This document shows, piece by piece, positions 62,262-64,000 of a stretch of 64,000 nt of DNA. Positions within the stretch are counted from its first letter, which is position 1, and each line of letters begins with the position of its first letter. A program made the translations under genes and the position numbers. The notes beneath the pieces were generated by a model. It made no database searches, had not been told where the DNA came from, and saw only the letters and a program-made list of their open reading frames with translations. Source of the DNA: an uncultured SAR86 cluster bacterium (lineage in GTDB: Bacteria; Pseudomonadota; Gammaproteobacteria; Magnimaribacterales; AG-339-G14); contig CACEVU010000005.1 in NCBI GenBank assembly GCA_902563105.1, positions 26,557 to 90,556 of the forward strand, given 5' to 3'.

Positions 62262-63078
62262 TCTATCTTTGATACTAACGTTATTTTTTTCATTACATAT
62301 TTTTGGCGAAGATCAAATATTCTTGGTAGATATAATATTTATAAAATATTTACCTGAATCTCAGACCAACGAAACTTTTCTGCCTCCTGAATTAAGTGAA
62401 ATAGACAATATTCTTTTTTTATCAGATTTTCCTTATCCAAAGATAGAAATTAAATCCCTTCCTTTAGATCTTGGTTATCGATTTCAAGATTTATTTATGT
62501 CTGTGCAAATAGATGACGAAAATAAGAATCTTTTAGAGCAAGATCAAACCATTACAGATCGTTCGCTACCATTATTGGAAAATAAAAAATCATTTTTTGA
62601 GACAGATTCCGCGAGGGATTTTTCTTTATCTGAAGAAGTTAGTAAAATTGCACGTAGTAGAGATTTTAGAGTTATAGGAACGAAATCTTGGTTTCAAACT
62701 GTAAAAAATATAGATAGAGCACAACACATCTTCATCGACAGTAATTTTTTTAAAGGAACTAGAATATTTGGGTTCTTAAAATTATACAAAGAAAGATTCC
62801 TTCATTTTAATTTAAATTTGTATTTGTCAGAGCTAGATCCTTCAAAAGAGCAAATTGAAAATTTAATTTCAGGAAAAAACTTTTCTGGAGATAATCTACA
62901 TATAGACCTTTTTGAAGAAAAAAACCAATCGCTCTTGTTTCAAGTTCAACACTCAAAGAAATTTAGAAGCGGAGAACTTCATTATGTAGACCATCCAAAA
63001 TTTGGTATGTTGATAAAACTCACTAAAGCTCAGCAAGAATCTTTTTCTCCTGATAATGATCTAGCAAAGAATCGATAA
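62251..63078 (+). CDS. CsiV-like exported protein
   Basis: Signal peptide, RFLH, RSGELHYVDHPKFGMLI; position downstream of mfd. Confidence 0.75.
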   Translation: MKLNLSLILTLFFSLHIFGEDQIFLVDIIFIKYLPESQTNETFLPPELSEIDNILFLSDFPYPKIEIKSLPLDLGYRFQDLFMSVQIDDENKNLLEQDQTITDRSLPLLENKKSFFETDSARDFSLSEEVSKIARSRDFRVIGTKSWFQTVKNIDRAQHIFIDSNFFKGTRIFGFLKLYKERFLHFNLNLYLSELDPSKEQIENLISGKNFSGDNLHIDLFEEKNQSLLFQVQHSKKFRSGELHYVDHPKFGMLIKLTKAQQESFSPDNDLAKNR

Positions 63079-64000
63079 TTTTTAACTTTTCATAGTCTTT
63101 ACTTTCTTCAGCATCTATTTTTAGAGAATTTGTTCGAGAGATTGCTTTTTCTAAAGTCATTTTCCAAGGGCCATTAGTTAGAAGCCTTTCCTTTAAAAAT
63201 TCGTGATAAGTATCTTTATCTTTGTTGGAAGAAAATTCCGGTTTTAAGTAATTTATTAACCTTTGTGACAAGTCTCTAAATCTTTCATCTTCAAACCCAT
63301 TAAGTAATTTAGCCTTTTCTGACCAAGTAGAAATTTCAAACCTTTCCATCCAAAGCTTATCGCTGTTAGATGGAAATCTTTCGTAAACTTTCTGCTCTAA
63401 ATATTTATTTGGTGGATAATCTTTTTGGTTGATTGATAATAATTCACAAACTCTATTTTGAAAATCAGTATTTTCTAGAACCAATTGTGCTCTAGACTCT
63501 AATAATTTTAACGGCGAATCTAAAAAATTATTCAGGCCTGAAACCTTTCCAGAAGGGATCAAAGGTATACTTTTATTAATAGATATTGTTTTGAGCCCTC
63601 CTCCAGCTCCAAACTGTTCTGATAATTCATAGTCTGACATGTCAAACATTTTTTTAGGATCAAAATATAAATCTAGAAGCGCAACCTGATTAGTTTGATT
63701 AGGATTTTGTCCACAGGCTATTACTGGATAGATATATTTCTTCTTTCTATAAATCTCTCCCAGCAGACAAAAAGGCTCGGTTTTACTTAGCTGAATGTTC
63801 CCATTTTTTGAAGAACCATTTATTGCAGCATCTAAAGCTTCAGGAGCCTCAACTTTTATTTTTTTCATAAGTTTTAACATAAGCATGCAATCGACAATTG
63901 CATCGTGCGCATTTTCAACAGATATATTATTTTCTTTAGCTAAATCAGTTAATTTTAAACTTATGTTCTCTTCAGCATCTTTTGGAACTTTTATTTTGGA
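63023..64000 (-). CDS. sbcB: Exodeoxyribonuclease I (5' part outside the window)
   Basis: The frame stays open to the window edge; hand translation gives SLKLTDLAKENNISVENAHDAIVDC (ExoIII motif of ExoI), and FEDERF lies near the C-terminus. Confidence 0.82.
   Translation of the reverse strand, partial: SKIKVPKDAEENISLKLTDLAKENNISVENAHDAIVDCMLMLKLMKKIKVEAPEALDAAINGSSKNGNIQLSKTEPFCLLGEIYRKKKYIYPVIACGQNPNQTNQVALLDLYFDPKKMFDMSDYELSEQFGAGGGLKTISINKSIPLIPSGKVSGLNNFLDSPLKLLESRAQLVLENTDFQNRVCELLSINQKDYPPNKYLEQKVYERFPSNSDKLWMERFEISTWSEKAKLLNGFEDERFRDLSQRLINYLKPEFSSNKDKDTYHEFLKERLLTNGPWKMTLEKAISRTNSLKIDAEESKDYEKLKIIDSLLDHYQEKKILAEL

Overview
A 64 kb, AT-rich, gene-dense stretch of a streamlined marine gammaproteobacterial chromosome (gene order and content look SAR86-like; this is an inference). 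Core blocks flank an accessory middle. The left block is rne-rluC-rpmF-fabG-acpP-fabF-mltG-tmk-holB. The right block is infA-clpA-clpS-icd-mnmA-purB-aceA, nqrA-F/apbE/nqrM, gap, an acyl-CoA dehydrogenase pair, mfd, a csiV-like gene and sbcB. The accessory middle (~13.7-40.2 kb) holds three haloalkane-dehalogenase-family hydrolases, a rearranged Anbu/CP-ATP-grasp/alpha-E module, an orphan AIPR gene and a metallopeptidase-cupredoxin lipoprotein. The most notable element is at 29.9-40.1 kb: three tandem two-gene cassettes. Each encodes a 54-66 aa micro-lipoprotein (signal II, CGGGG, poly-Ser tether, short conserved tail) immediately upstream of a ~1000 aa secreted, Cys-paired paralogous protein with no anchor of its own. 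Two of the three micro-lipoproteins are absent from the ORF track. I interpret this as a candidate split-anchor surface-display or strand-complementation system. I saw no rRNA, tRNA, CRISPR array, transposase or integrase.
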